A stretch of DNA of 64,000 nt from Bacteroidales bacterium (GCA_029983675.1 JASBYY010000004.1:6497-70496); one strand, 5' to 3'. Positions 19,044 to 28,286 are shown, counted from the first letter of the stretch. The notes: generated by a model not told the origin, from the letters alone. Numbers and translations are program-made.

Positions 19044-20642
19044 ATGATCAATATTATTCTCATCGTCACTGCCGTTATCATCATCATTTCCGTGTGGCTC
19101 AACAACATGTCGCACAAGATGGGCATACCGGTATTGCTGGCTTTCATCATTTTAGGCATGTTTGCCGGATGGAACAACGACACCATCGGCCCCGATAACT
19201 ATTGGATTGTGAAAGACGTCAGCACTGTAGCCTTGATCATCATCATGTTTTATGGTGGCTTCGGCACGCGGTGGGATTCGGCAAAACCCATCATCAGGGA
19301 ATCGGTGCTGCTGGCGACAGTAGGCGTGGTGTTGACTGCCGCACTGACGGGGTTGTTTTGCCATTATGTCCTCAGCTGGCAGTGGATGGAAAGTTTTCTG
19401 ATGGGTTCCGTGATTGCCTCCACCGATGCGGCTTCGGTATTTTCCATTCTGCGTTCACGAAAATTAGGCTTGAAAAACCATACTGCACCTATCTTGGAAA
19501 TGGAAAGCGGCAGCAACGACCCTTGTTCCTACATGTTGACTGTCATTATGATTTCCATCATGCAAGGCACAGCATCGGGCCTACATCTTGCCTGGATGAT
19601 CTTTGCTCAAATCGCTTTTGGCCTGCTATTCGGCGCGCTGATTGCCAAAGGTGCCATTTTCGCCCTCAAACGGGTTGTTTTTTTAACTTCAGGATTCGAC
19701 TCCCTGTTCATTCTCGGAACAGCCATATTGGCTTATTCCGTTCCGGCAGCGTTAGGAGGCAACGGGTTTTTAAGCGTTTATATCGTGGGGATAGCCTTAG
19801 GCAACGCCAATTTTTCACGCAAAAAGACACAAGTGCACTTTTTTGACGGCGTCACCAGCCTCATGCAAGTATGCCTGTTTTTCATGCTGGGTTTCATGTC
19901 GAATCCGACATCACTCTATAAAGCCATGCTGCCCGCATTGGCCATTGTGCTTTTTCTGCTTGTAGCCGGACGTCCGTTCAGCGTGCTTGCCATTCTTGGC
20001 TGGTCGAAAAAACACAAACGCAACCAACGCTTGTTGGTTTCCTTTGTAGGACTGCGCGGCGCGGCATCCATTGTGTTCGCCATCATCGCAGTAGCCAGCA
20101 ATATCTACTTGGAAAACAATATATTAGATGTCGTTTTTTGCATTGTTCTGCTTTCCATCGCCCTGCAAGGCTCACTGATTCCTCAGGTGGCGAAAAAACT
20201 GGACATGATCGACGAAAACGAAGACGTGTTGAAGACTTTTAGCGATTATAGCGAGACCTACGACGTGCAATTCAGCGGTTTTGAACTGACCGAGAAAAGC
20301 GCATGGAGCGGAAAACAAGTCAAGGAAATAGGACTGCCAAAGAGCTTGTTGTTAGCCGTGATAATGCGCGATGGCAAGCGCATCACCCCTCGTGGCAACA
20401 CCCTGTTGCGCGCCGGTGACAAAATCATCCTGTGTTCACGGTCCTACGACGGACAGGCCATGGGCGAACTGAAAGAACAACAGATTCCCGCAGGCAATAA
20501 ATACGTGGGAAAAACCTTAGACACCTGGTCGAAAGACGGACATGATCTCATTGTGCTCATCCGACGAGGCGACGATACCATCATTCCCAAAGGCAACACC
20601 GTGCTTCGAGCCGATGATTACATTGTAGTCATTGACAAGTAA
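19044..20642 (+). CDS. K+/H+ (CPA1, NhaP2-type) antiporter with two C-terminal RCK_C/TrkA-C domains
   Basis: It has a polytopic N-terminal half, followed by two TrkA-C-like repeats (GKQVKEIGLP...GDKIIL and GKTLDTW...ADDYIVV). The ATG at 19044 is chosen because the track start at 18918 overlaps topB. Confidence 0.8.
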   Translation: MINIILIVTAVIIIISVWLNNMSHKMGIPVLLAFIILGMFAGWNNDTIGPDNYWIVKDVSTVALIIIMFYGGFGTRWDSAKPIIRESVLLATVGVVLTAALTGLFCHYVLSWQWMESFLMGSVIASTDAASVFSILRSRKLGLKNHTAPILEMESGSNDPCSYMLTVIMISIMQGTASGLHLAWMIFAQIAFGLLFGALIAKGAIFALKRVVFLTSGFDSLFILGTAILAYSVPAALGGNGFLSVYIVGIALGNANFSRKKTQVHFFDGVTSLMQVCLFFMLGFMSNPTSLYKAMLPALAIVLFLLVAGRPFSVLAILGWSKKHKRNQRLLVSFVGLRGAASIVFAIIAVASNIYLENNILDVVFCIVLLSIALQGSLIPQVAKKLDMIDENEDVLKTFSDYSETYDVQFSGFELTEKSAWSGKQVKEIGLPKSLLLAVIMRDGKRITPRGNTLLRAGDKIILCSRSYDGQAMGELKEQQIPAGNKYVGKTLDTWSKDGHDLIVLIRRGDDTIIPKGNTVLRADDYIVVIDK

Positions 20643-20646
20643 TCCG

Positions 20647-22932
20647 TCAAAATTGTTTCCTCTTCGGAGGCGGATTGACCATTCCTATCAACGCAGCAGC
20701 CATTTTAGAGCCTGCCACAAACCATACCAGATCGCCTTCTAGAAAGACGATGTTGGCGGAAGGGTTCAAAATGAATCTGCCATCACGTTCGATGGCGATG
20801 ACCATGGCATTGAAACGGTCACGCAACCCCGAATTGCTCAGTTCGACCCCAACAAGGAAACTCCCCGCTTGAAGTTCAATTCTATGGATGTCCACATCGC
20901 TCTCCACACGTTCCTTGATCAGCACATCGTCTTCAATCACCACCCTTGACTTCAACTGCGAAAGATGGGCTTCCGAGCCGACAAAAGTGACGATGTCGTT
21001 CGGGAAAAGCATAAAATCCTTCCCTGGCAGATCGACCACCTTATCCCCTCTTTCCACGCTGACCAAACTGATGTTGTAATTGTCGCGAAAATCAGATTCT
21101 TCAATACGAATGCCGGCATAAGGACTTGCCACGCTGATTTCCATCTTCTCCAACGCAAAGTTCTCCTTCAGAATTTCAGGGACGATAAACGTATGCTGTG
21201 TCTGGCGTTTGTTCATGTTTTCGATGAAACGTTTCTCCATACGTTCATACATCCTCATGACAGGCGTCAGCCCCCTCAGCATGAAGCAGTAAACAATGGC
21301 AAAGCCCATATTGATCCATGCACCGCCCTTCACGCCGACATGGCTCCAGAAACCGGCGTTAAAGAACTGACGCAGCGCATAATAGGAAAATATCAGGATG
21401 ACAACGAATCGGAACAGGAAAACAAGCGAAATCAAGGTCTTGTTGAACTTATTGCCCGACATCAGTTTGCGCGTGGTATGCACCTTGCTGTGCTTGAAGG
21501 CCATCGCCCATAGAAAAGGCGACATCAGCACCAGCGTAATGGCCGCCGAAATGGCATTTCCCCACGGCATGGACACGTGTTTCGCAACCAAACTGCAAAG
21601 CGAAAAACTCAACAGCATGACTGCGATGATAATGGCGGCATAAATCACTATGTTTTTGAACTGTCGCACAAGAAAGGCTCCCATCGACACTTCTTTGCCA
21701 CTTTTCACTTTCAGTCCTGATGATTGGTTCGACAAACCACTCTTCCACCTTTCGGGAATGATGCGCATGATGCTTTGATACAACGGAAGTCCCGCCTTGA
21801 TACTATAAGGTGTGATAAAGGTAGTGATGACCGAAACCGACACAATAATAGGATAGAGAAACTCGTCAATGACACCGAAACTCATGCCGACGGTCGCAAT
21901 GATAAACGAGAACTCGCCTATCTGCGCGAAACACATCCCCGACCGAATGGCGTCTTTCAAGCTGGCACCCGAAAGCAACATGCCAAAAGTAGAACTGGAC
22001 GACTGCAACACCACGACAACTACAGTAAGCAGCAGGATTTGCCACCAGTACCGGACAATGATATCCGGATTAATCATCATGCCGACGGAAACGAAAAACA
22101 CAGCGCCAAACAGATTCTTTACCGGCGTGGTCAACTTGTATATCATGTCGGCTTCCAAAGTCTCCGCCAATATGGACCCCATGATGAACGCCCCCAATGC
22201 CGACGAAAACCCTGCGAGATTGGACAAAACGACCATCATGAAACACAATCCGACCGAAAACACCACCAGGGTTTCCTCATTCATCAGCTTGCGCACTCTT
22301 TTTAACAGGCTTGGAATGAGAAAGATGCCGCCGATGAACCATACCAACAAAAAGAAGCCGAGTTTCAGAATGCTGTAAAGCAGCTCCTTACCATCGAATG
22401 TGGCGCTCACCGACAAGGTGGACAATATCACAATCAAAAGAACTGCCACCAAATCTTCGACCACCAATACGCCGATAACTCCTTCGGTGAAACGCTCCTT
22501 GTTGATTTTCAAGTCATAAAAAGCTTTGGCGATAATGGTGGTTGACGACATGGCGAGCATACATCCGAGAAAAATACAGTCCATCTTCGTCCATCCAATC
22601 AGTTTGCCGACAAAAAAGCCCGACAACATCATGGTAATAAAGATGGTGAGCACCGTGATACCGACACTGCCGCCTACCCTTTTCAATTTCTTGAAACTGA
22701 ACTCCAAGCCTATGGCAAACAACAGGAAGACCATGCCGATTTCGCTCCATGTCTCCACACTGCTACGATCGGTAAGAACTGGAAAGTACGAGAAATTAGG
22801 GCCGATGAGAAAGCCGGCAATGATATACCCCAGCACCAAAGGCTGCTTTAACCACTTGAATAGAACCGTGGTAACTCCAGCGGTCACTAGTATCAAGGCT
22901 AGGTCGGAAAATAAGGCAGGCAGGTTCGACAT
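20647..22932 (-). CDS. Cation:proton antiporter (CPA2/Kef-like) with additional TM segments and two RCK_C/TrkA-C domains
   Basis: The N-terminus matches the Na+/H+ exchanger family (LALILVTAGVTTVLFKWLKQPLVLGYIIAGFLIGP). The C-terminal half carries two TrkA-C-like repeats. The likely start is the ATG at 22932 (MSNLPALF...). Confidence 0.8.
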   Translation of the reverse strand: MSNLPALFSDLALILVTAGVTTVLFKWLKQPLVLGYIIAGFLIGPNFSYFPVLTDRSSVETWSEIGMVFLLFAIGLEFSFKKLKRVGGSVGITVLTIFITMMLSGFFVGKLIGWTKMDCIFLGCMLAMSSTTIIAKAFYDLKINKERFTEGVIGVLVVEDLVAVLLIVILSTLSVSATFDGKELLYSILKLGFFLLVWFIGGIFLIPSLLKRVRKLMNEETLVVFSVGLCFMMVVLSNLAGFSSALGAFIMGSILAETLEADMIYKLTTPVKNLFGAVFFVSVGMMINPDIIVRYWWQILLLTVVVVVLQSSSSTFGMLLSGASLKDAIRSGMCFAQIGEFSFIIATVGMSFGVIDEFLYPIIVSVSVITTFITPYSIKAGLPLYQSIMRIIPERWKSGLSNQSSGLKVKSGKEVSMGAFLVRQFKNIVIYAAIIIAVMLLSFSLCSLVAKHVSMPWGNAISAAITLVLMSPFLWAMAFKHSKVHTTRKLMSGNKFNKTLISLVFLFRFVVILIFSYYALRQFFNAGFWSHVGVKGGAWINMGFAIVYCFMLRGLTPVMRMYERMEKRFIENMNKRQTQHTFIVPEILKENFALEKMEISVASPYAGIRIEESDFRDNYNISLVSVERGDKVVDLPGKDFMLFPNDIVTFVGSEAHLSQLKSRVVIEDDVLIKERVESDVDIHRIELQAGSFLVGVELSNSGLRDRFNAMVIAIERDGRFILNPSANIVFLEGDLVWFVAGSKMAAALIGMVNPPPKRKQF

Positions 22933-23071
22933 GACGATTTGATTTCTATTGGGCAAAAATAAGAAAAAGTCGAAAACGATGATCAACTCCTTATAAACAC
23001 TATCTCACACAGAATGCGCAGAATACGCAGAATTATACATAACATGCGAGAAGGCTTCTTAGCTAATCACG

Positions 23072-23936
23072 CCCTTAATCCTTGTTGTAGTGGAATTTGA
23101 CTTGACAAAATAAGATATCTTGTACCCAAGGATTTACAAATCGTCTTAATCCTTGTTGTAGTGGAATTTGACTTGACAAGTTATAAGTGAGTCGTTTTAT
23201 AACGACCTTCTGTCTTAATCCTTGTTGTAATTTAAGCCTGTTTTCGATGCTTCACGTTTCAAGTTTTATAACGACCTTCTGTCTTAATCCTTGTTGTAGT
23301 GGAATTTGACTTGACAAACATGATATACAGTATCCTCTGGTCAACAGGGTCTTAATCCTTGTTGTAGTGGAATTTGACTTGACTTTATTTTGCGAACAGG
23401 AACAAGTTCCCACTACGTGTCTTAATCCTTGTTGTAGTGGAATTTGACTTGACGAAAAATAGGTTTGTGTCCATTGTTGGCACAGATACTGTCTTAATCC
23501 TTGTTGTAGTGGAATTTGACTTGACGCACAGAACACCCCGTATTTCGGGGTAAAAATTGTCTTAATCCTTGTTGTAGTGGAATTTGACTTGACTTGTCAT
23601 ATGCGACGAATACAGACTGATAGAAGTCTTAATCCTTGTTGTAGTGGAATTTGACTTGACGGAGCATCCAGAATATCTCCATTTTAAATGGAATGTCTTA
23701 ATCCTTGTTGTAGTGGAATTTGACTTGACCCAAATGCGAATCATCAGCCACTCCAAGTATGAGAGTCTTAATCCTTGTTGTAGTGGAATTTGACTTGACC
23801 TTTGCGGATGACGAAGACGACTTTGCCAAAAGTCTTAATCCTTGTTGTAGTGGAATTTGACTTGACCAGAGATGGAGTAGTGAGGACTGCGAAGGTGGTA
23901 CGTCTTAATCCTTGTTGTAGTGGAATTTGACTTGAC
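23072..23936 (-). CRISPR. CRISPR array: 13 repeat copies of 35 bp, 12 spacers of 32-37 bp
   Basis: The plus-strand repeat is GTCTTAATCCTTGTTGTAGTGGAATTTGACTTGAC. Repeats start at 23072 (2 mismatches), 23143, 23212 (only the first 18 nt conserved), 23281, 23349, 23419, 23491, 23559, 23626, 23695, 23765, 23832 and 23902. Orientation is inferred as minus. The cas genes and AT-rich leader lie on the 23937+ side, the degenerate repeats lie at the far end, and the minus-strand repeat ends in ATTAAGAC. Confidence 0.97.
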
Positions 23937-24385
23937 ACCTTGATTCTCAATATATTGTCATCAATAATCACCTTGTTTGTTTGGCGCAACTCCTTTCATT
24001 TGTTTGTTTTACATAAGCTTTCCTGAATTCTTCGCAAAGATACTGTTTTTTTGAATACAAAAACAGGAATTTTTACACATTATTTTCACTTTGCCTTATC
24101 ATTCAATCATTTACATGGAAAAAAAAGTTCTCAAACCGAACCTCTATTGGGCAAAATCCATCCATTTGCGAAGAAATGGCCTTTCTTTATTTTACATATC
24201 ATTGACAATAAGCATTTTACAATAAGCTCATCCAAAAATGTTCGCAAATGAACGACTCAAATACGCATCAGAATGCAATTTGCGAACAATTCGCGGCGGC
24301 AGTTTTCCCATGCTATTTGGTTACCACTTTCATTATCGGCGTTTTAGCGTTTTACAAAATGTTCGCAAACGATTTGGCCTCCCTC
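23937..24385 (-). promoter_or_regulatory. CRISPR leader (449 bp) with a candidate array promoter
   Basis: This is the non-coding interval between the cas2 stop and the first repeat, AT-rich next to the array. On the minus strand, TATCTTTG (plus 24035-24042) matches the Bacteroides -7 consensus TAnnTTTG about 100 bp upstream of the first repeat. There are five copies of TTTGCGAA[CG]A. Confidence 0.6.
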
Positions 24386-24685
24386 CTACACCATCCGCAC
24401 CGTGTCGGGAGGTTCGCGACGGTCGGGTTGATACACGATCTTCGTATAGCAATTGACACAAACCGGATAATAAATCACCGAATCCTGCCCGTCGTCAACA
24501 ATCTCACCTATCTTTCGCCTGAGTCTGCCGTACACGGCTTCCGTCAGCATACATTCGAACACGCTGTAATTCACGCGTGTTCCGTTTGCCTCAAGCAATT
24601 TCACCACTCGGTTCCGCCGTTTGTCATCCACAATATCGTACGCTACAACTATGAACAATTTCCTGGCGCTTATTCTCTTTACCAT
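24386..24685 (-). CDS. cas2: CRISPR-associated endoribonuclease Cas2
   Basis: 99 aa. The start FIVVAYDIVDDKRRNRVVKLL...YSVFEC is the canonical Cas2 ferredoxin-fold N-terminus. It overlaps the cas1 stop by 7 nt. Confidence 0.9.
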   Translation of the reverse strand: MVKRISARKLFIVVAYDIVDDKRRNRVVKLLEANGTRVNYSVFECMLTEAVYGRLRRKIGEIVDDGQDSVIYYPVCVNCYTKIVYQPDRREPPDTVRMV

Positions 24686-26949
24686 TTTGCAATATAAGGT
24701 TTGAACGTTTTCCCGCTTCCAATATAAGCGGCTATTTCTTTGGCCTGTTCTACAAAGATGCGTTCGAAGGGCATCTCTTCGCCGCGATACTTCTCATACC
24801 TGTTCATGCGCTCAAGCACGCCTTTGGTCAGAATCCTTTTAGTTGCGTCGCACAGAAGGTTTCCTTCCATTTTCAATGCCATGCCCCTTTGCACCATTCC
24901 TATCACCACCCTGTCGGCTCCCTGCGCCCTGAATAGCTCTACGACATCGAAAACCAATGTGGGTTTTCCGGCTTGCCTTTTGTGCAACACCCCGTCCATC
25001 GGGTTCAGGCCCTCGCCGAGCAACGCCTGCCAAACCCTGTTATACAAAAACGAATAGGCATAGTTCAGCATGGAATTGACCAAATCGGTGGCGCCTCGCC
25101 GCACCCTTCCTTCAAAGCCCGCTTTATCGTCTTTAAGCAACTTCCCGACATATTTCCAATAGTGGACAGCGGCCTGTGCTTCTTTTCCTATCAATACCTC
25201 GTTATAGTTTTCGGCAAAAGGCAGCTCCTTGAGTTCGCCGACGATTTCCGACAACTTGGCCGTGGTCAGCGCAAATTGCGTGTCAACATCTTCTTTTGTG
25301 GTCTTATGGTACTTCTGGAAGTACTTCACCAAGTTCGCCTGGTTTTTAAGCTTTCCTAAAATCAGTCGCTTAGCCAGAACGAAGCGTTGGTTTTCGGTCA
25401 TTCGAGCCTGTTGCCCCCAAAGTGTGCTCTCCATGAATTTTAGGCTGAGTACCGAGGCATAATGTACGGAGCTATCAAAAAAATCGACGGGTATTCTCCT
25501 ATCCATGCAGAACCGGATCACATTGCTCGACAGCGACACGCCTTGCCCTATCACGGTAAGATGTCGCAGCGAAGCGGAAGGCTTCTTGTAGGCCATCTTA
25601 CCTTGTATGCGCACGACAATGTTCTGCCCGCTTATTCCAATGTAGCTACCCGGAGTACGGACCACCAATTCGGAGCCTTCGGCTTCTTTTTTCCGATACT
25701 CTGTCTTTCGGCTGTTGATGAGGCGACGATTCTGGTCATCGGCAATTTTCGACTGTTTCTTGCCTTTGACGGCCAGGTAGGTGTCGGTCAGCTGTTGAAG
25801 GATTTGTTTTCGCTTGAGTTGCATTTCAGCCGAAAGAAATGCAATCTCTGCCAATCCGTTTTTCAACACGGAGATATTCCTGATTTTACCGACCTGCTGT
25901 TCTATCATGGTCTGTACTTTTCGCACAAGAGCTTTGTCCAACTCTACCAATGTGTTTTCGGGAAGCAACTTTCCGTAATAGTTGCGTATGCCGTTCCACA
26001 GCTTTGTCTCTTTGTCGGTGAAAACGCCGTTGTGCGACTCGAGACCGTCAATCCGCTGCAAAAGTTCTCTCTTTTTATTTTCGGAAAGAGACAGTCCCGT
26101 TTTGTCCAGTGTGATGCCGAGAAACTCGAAGCCGTCTTCGATTTTCCCGATTTCAGGTGCGTTGAGCGACAGTTGGAGCCGCTCTTTCAGAAAAACCGTC
26201 GCCTCTTCCCTTATGGCCTCGGCCCTGTTCTGCGTTTCGCACAAGATGATGAAATCGTCGGCATAACGCACATACGACCGTGTTCGTGTCAGAATGAACT
26301 GGTCGAACTGGTGCAGGTAGAGATTGGCCAGCATGGGCGACAGTACGGCTCCTTGCGGCACGCCACATTCGATTTCTTCCCATTTCTGTTTCTTGTTTAC
26401 CATGCCCATTTTCACAGAAAGCTGAATCAATCGGTTGATTTCCTCATCGGGAATCAAGGATCGAAGCCTTGCAAAAAGAATATCGTGGTTGATGGTATCG
26501 AAATAGTTGTCAATATCCAAGCGAAGCAGCCACTGATTGGCTTTGTTTTGACATTCAAACAAAGCCCGTCGAATGGCTTTTGCATGACCTTTCTGCGGAC
26601 GATAGCCGTAACTGTTGCCTAAAAACAACTTTTCGAAACGAGGCTCGACGATTTGCTTTATCGCCGTTTGCACCGTCTTGTCTTTCAGCGAAAGCAGCCC
26701 TATCGTCCGGGTTTCACCCGTTTTCTTGGGGATGCCCATCTTTTTATAGGGCTGTGGTTTCCATGTCCCCGAACGCAATTCGGCAATTAGTTCTGTCAAA
26801 TGCTTGTCAAGGCGGTTTTCAAACTCAACGATAGTAAAACCGTCAATGCCTCCAACGCTGTTTTTGGCTTTTACCAGTCGCCATGCCGACATCAGCTGTC
26901 CGAGAGAGCACAATGCTTCAAATAACGATTTACCCATGTTTCGTTTCAA
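24679..26949 (-). CDS. cas1: Reverse transcriptase-Cas1 fusion protein
   Basis: 756 aa. The N-terminal ~330 aa form a group II intron-like RT (GIDG..., LDIDNYFDTINH, GVPQGAVLSPMLANLYL, YVRYADDFIIL). The C-terminal ~320 aa resemble Cas1 (...LHKRQAGKPTLVFDVVELFR...). Confidence 0.9.
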   Translation of the reverse strand: MKRNMGKSLFEALCSLGQLMSAWRLVKAKNSVGGIDGFTIVEFENRLDKHLTELIAELRSGTWKPQPYKKMGIPKKTGETRTIGLLSLKDKTVQTAIKQIVEPRFEKLFLGNSYGYRPQKGHAKAIRRALFECQNKANQWLLRLDIDNYFDTINHDILFARLRSLIPDEEINRLIQLSVKMGMVNKKQKWEEIECGVPQGAVLSPMLANLYLHQFDQFILTRTRSYVRYADDFIILCETQNRAEAIREEATVFLKERLQLSLNAPEIGKIEDGFEFLGITLDKTGLSLSENKKRELLQRIDGLESHNGVFTDKETKLWNGIRNYYGKLLPENTLVELDKALVRKVQTMIEQQVGKIRNISVLKNGLAEIAFLSAEMQLKRKQILQQLTDTYLAVKGKKQSKIADDQNRRLINSRKTEYRKKEAEGSELVVRTPGSYIGISGQNIVVRIQGKMAYKKPSASLRHLTVIGQGVSLSSNVIRFCMDRRIPVDFFDSSVHYASVLSLKFMESTLWGQQARMTENQRFVLAKRLILGKLKNQANLVKYFQKYHKTTKEDVDTQFALTTAKLSEIVGELKELPFAENYNEVLIGKEAQAAVHYWKYVGKLLKDDKAGFEGRVRRGATDLVNSMLNYAYSFLYNRVWQALLGEGLNPMDGVLHKRQAGKPTLVFDVVELFRAQGADRVVIGMVQRGMALKMEGNLLCDATKRILTKGVLERMNRYEKYRGEEMPFERIFVEQAKEIAAYIGSGKTFKPYIAKW

Positions 26950-26985
26950 TACGTCAAAGAACGCTCAATAACAGCCCTCCATCTA

Positions 26986-27888
26986 CTATTTGAACTGTCC
27001 GTAACCCACATTGGTCTTGGCACCGACGCCGACAGTGAGTATGATTTCTTGAAAAAGTTGCGCTTTTTGGTTAGCATTTAAAGAGATTTTCCTTACTCCG
27101 TTGTTCGATTTAATTTCAACCGTACTATCCGTTAGTTTGAACCTAAATTCAAATGTAATGCCCGGCAATACTTTTATGAACATCAATGGAGTCGGATTTT
27201 TTAGAGGATCGGGATGATGTGTGATAAAGTCACTGGCAAGGAACTTCTTGCTTTTTCCCGTTTTTTCAATGTTGATGACAGCATCGAAAAACACATCTTT
27301 CCCTTCGGCATCTTGTTTGCCAAAAATATCATCTTTCAACGTTTTTAATGCTTCGATATCGATATTCTTCAGCATGTTTTCCCATGCGTTCTTATTCTGT
27401 TCATCGGTACATCTCTTTTTTACCTCTTCAAGAATGAATTTTATCGTATCCAACGAGGTTTGATCAGTTTGATCTTTTTCGTTCTCAAACACACTTTTCA
27501 ATACACCTTTGATGGAACTGCCCGGAATAACAGGTTGTCCGGTTGTATGGTCAAAATAAAAGCCTATCTTGATATCGCCTTTTGCATTACTATCGTGCGT
27601 ATAGCCTGAACCACATAATAATCCGGGATAGGTTGTAGCCAGATTAAAATGATGGGAAGCCGCATTATTCTCAATTTGCGTGTAATCTTTCAATGTGTTA
27701 GCAAAAACAGCTTTATAGAATATGTCAAAGGGAGTGACTTTCGCATCTTTGGGAATATCAATGAACAACCTCTCTTTTTCATTATTTTGAGCAGGTGTAA
27801 ATTTTATTTTACGCTTAATCGCATCTTCCGTATATAATCTTTTATATACCATCAAGCCCACATTGGGCGCTATAAAATTCCATGCCAT
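26986..27888 (-). CDS. cmr6: Type III-B RAMP protein Cmr6
   Basis: 300 aa with the RAMP motif PGSSIKGVLKS and a C-terminal glycine-rich loop GVGAKTNVGYGQFK. It is the last gene of the cmr1-6 series. Confidence 0.85.
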   Translation of the reverse strand: MAWNFIAPNVGLMVYKRLYTEDAIKRKIKFTPAQNNEKERLFIDIPKDAKVTPFDIFYKAVFANTLKDYTQIENNAASHHFNLATTYPGLLCGSGYTHDSNAKGDIKIGFYFDHTTGQPVIPGSSIKGVLKSVFENEKDQTDQTSLDTIKFILEEVKKRCTDEQNKNAWENMLKNIDIEALKTLKDDIFGKQDAEGKDVFFDAVINIEKTGKSKKFLASDFITHHPDPLKNPTPLMFIKVLPGITFEFRFKLTDSTVEIKSNNGVRKISLNANQKAQLFQEIILTVGVGAKTNVGYGQFK

Positions 27889-27890
27889 AA

Positions 27891-28286
27891 TTAGTCATTT
27901 TTAGGTTTAGGTGTGGGGTAGGTACGAATAGCTAACTTTAACGCGATGGCACATTCCTGAATCTTCTTTTTCAGACATTCGTCATTATATCGGGTAATGA
28001 CTTCTTCCAATAAATGTTGTTCGTTGTTGAATATGCCTATTTCTGGGCTTTGCAGCATTTTCTCAAGTGCTACCGGTATAAGGCTTCTATCTGCATTGGT
28101 GGTTTGCTCCGCACCTTTTGAATAAAATATCAATGTGGGAAGCAATCCCGATGATATGAGACTTGCACCAAAAGAGGAGATATATCCATTGTAAGTTTTG
28201 TCAATTTCTCCGTTTTTAACTATACCTAATCTGTTGTCTTCCAGCACTTGTATGGCGACAGGGATATATTTTTCTATATTTCTCAT
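27891..28286 (-). CDS. cmr5: Type III-B small subunit Cmr5
   Basis: 131 aa predicted helical protein between cmr4 and cmr6. Its start overlaps the cmr4 stop by 4 nt. The assignment rests mostly on size and position. Confidence 0.7.
   Translation of the reverse strand: MRNIEKYIPVAIQVLEDNRLGIVKNGEIDKTYNGYISSFGASLISSGLLPTLIFYSKGAEQTTNADRSLIPVALEKMLQSPEIGIFNNEQHLLEEVITRYNDECLKKKIQECAIALKLAIRTYPTPKPKND

Noticed and set aside
22987-23071. Short tandem CAGAAT(G/A)CG x3 between the CPA2 gene start and the array trailer
   Set aside because: There are only three imperfect 9 nt units in a promoter region, with no further structure, so it is not distinguishable from chance.
23389-23398. Spacer 5 contains the same 10-mer (TTTGCGAACA) as the leader motif, which hints at a self-derived spacer
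   Set aside because: Identity does not extend beyond the 10 nt on either side. That is too short to claim the spacer derives from the leader transcript, so it is treated as coincidence unless a longer match is found elsewhere in the genome.
23252-23989. Three track ORFs (23252-23536, 23562-23756, 23768-23989) with recurring peptides such as SNSTTTRIKT and SSQIPLQQGLR
   Set aside because: They are translations of the CRISPR repeats. The peptide periodicity simply mirrors the 35 bp repeat, so they are not genes.
25462-26622. 386 aa plus-strand ORF, together with 24248-24697, 24740-25057 and 24973-25359
   Set aside because: They are fully antisense to RT-cas1 and cas2, which have strong family motifs. 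They contain no recognisable motifs. Long antisense ORFs are common opposite real genes.
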